The position numbers were made by a program, and so were the translations under genes. The notes under the pieces are model-generated. The model did not search any database and was not told where the DNA came from. It saw only the letters and a list, made by a program, of their open reading frames with translations. DNA of 64,000 nucleotides from an uncultured Desulfatibacillum sp. (GTDB taxonomy: Bacteria; Desulfobacterota; Desulfobacteria; Desulfobacterales; SpSt-501): contig CAYRUF010000004.1 in the NCBI GenBank assembly GCA_964427375.1, positions 8,690 through 72,689 on the forward strand, written 5' to 3'. Numbering within the stretch: position 1 is the first letter of the stretch; each line of letters opens with the position of its first letter. Of the stretch, positions 63,951-64,000 are shown piece after piece.

Positions 63951-64000
63951 AAAAAGTCATCCAAGTCGATGACTTTGTAAGAAGCCCAAGTTCAAGGCGC
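63951..64000. mobile_element. Second copy (left arm only, cut by the window edge) of the MITE/REP-like family seen at 7060..7199
   Basis: aaaaagtcatccaagtcGATGACTTTGTAAGAAGCCCAAGTTCAAGGCGC aligns with aaaatcatccgacccGATGGCTTCGAAAAGAGTCCAAGTTCAAGGCGC at 7060-7107. Confidence 0.65.

Noticed and set aside
63733-63960. 75-aa ORF MTFYEFIKIEIE...
   Set aside because: It is antisense to the ade 3' end and starts inside the repeat element, so it is a repeat-born spurious ORF.

Overview
This is a GC-rich bacterial chromosomal segment with about 65 supportable genes. A Desulfobacterota-like origin is only an inference from gene content and repeat families. No rRNA, tRNA or CRISPR array was seen.

The first 12 kb is housekeeping. 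It holds a trypsin-like protease with TPR repeats, an LdtD/YcbB-like L,D-transpeptidase convergent with a YcbK/MepK-like peptidase, and the conserved minus-strand block rplU-rpmA-obg-proB-proA-nadD-rsfS. fdhD follows. The proA/nadD junction is interrupted by a 140-bp MITE-like insertion.

From about 12 kb to 62 kb nearly everything looks like one large phosphate-starvation (Pho) neighbourhood:
- arsR plus an ArsP-like permease that carries an in-frame TGA at a conserved Cys.
- phoB/phoR-like two-component genes.
- pstC-pstA-pstS-pstB.
- A phosphorus-free-lipid remodelling cluster: an OlsF-like ornithine-lipid synthase, two glycosyltransferases, a PAP2 phosphatase and a PHP fusion protein.
- mgsA.
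- Two paralogous P2-type P-type ATPase modules with free-standing HMA-like domain proteins, a divergent MetK paralog and an ArsA/Get3-like ATPase.
- phnCDE and the C-P lyase genes phnGHIJKLM.
- An LMW-PTP/ArsC-type phosphatase, a PIN-PhoH protein, a NUDIX hydrolase and adenine deaminase.

Low-GC islets carry HicAB, an RHH-PIN pair, a DUF4143-type ATPase and a decayed DsbA-like gene.

The most interesting signals are:
1. A heptamer YYTAACC repeated at exact 11-bp phasing in at least 10 promoters. I read it as a candidate non-canonical Pho box that ties uncharacterised modules to the Pho regulon.
2. The duplicated ATPase/HMA-like/ArsA-like/MetK-like module, which has no described function.
3. 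Two in-frame TGA codons sitting on redox or metalloid-binding Cys positions, which are candidate selenocysteine sites.

All similarity calls come from reading the translations and recalling motifs. No searches were run.
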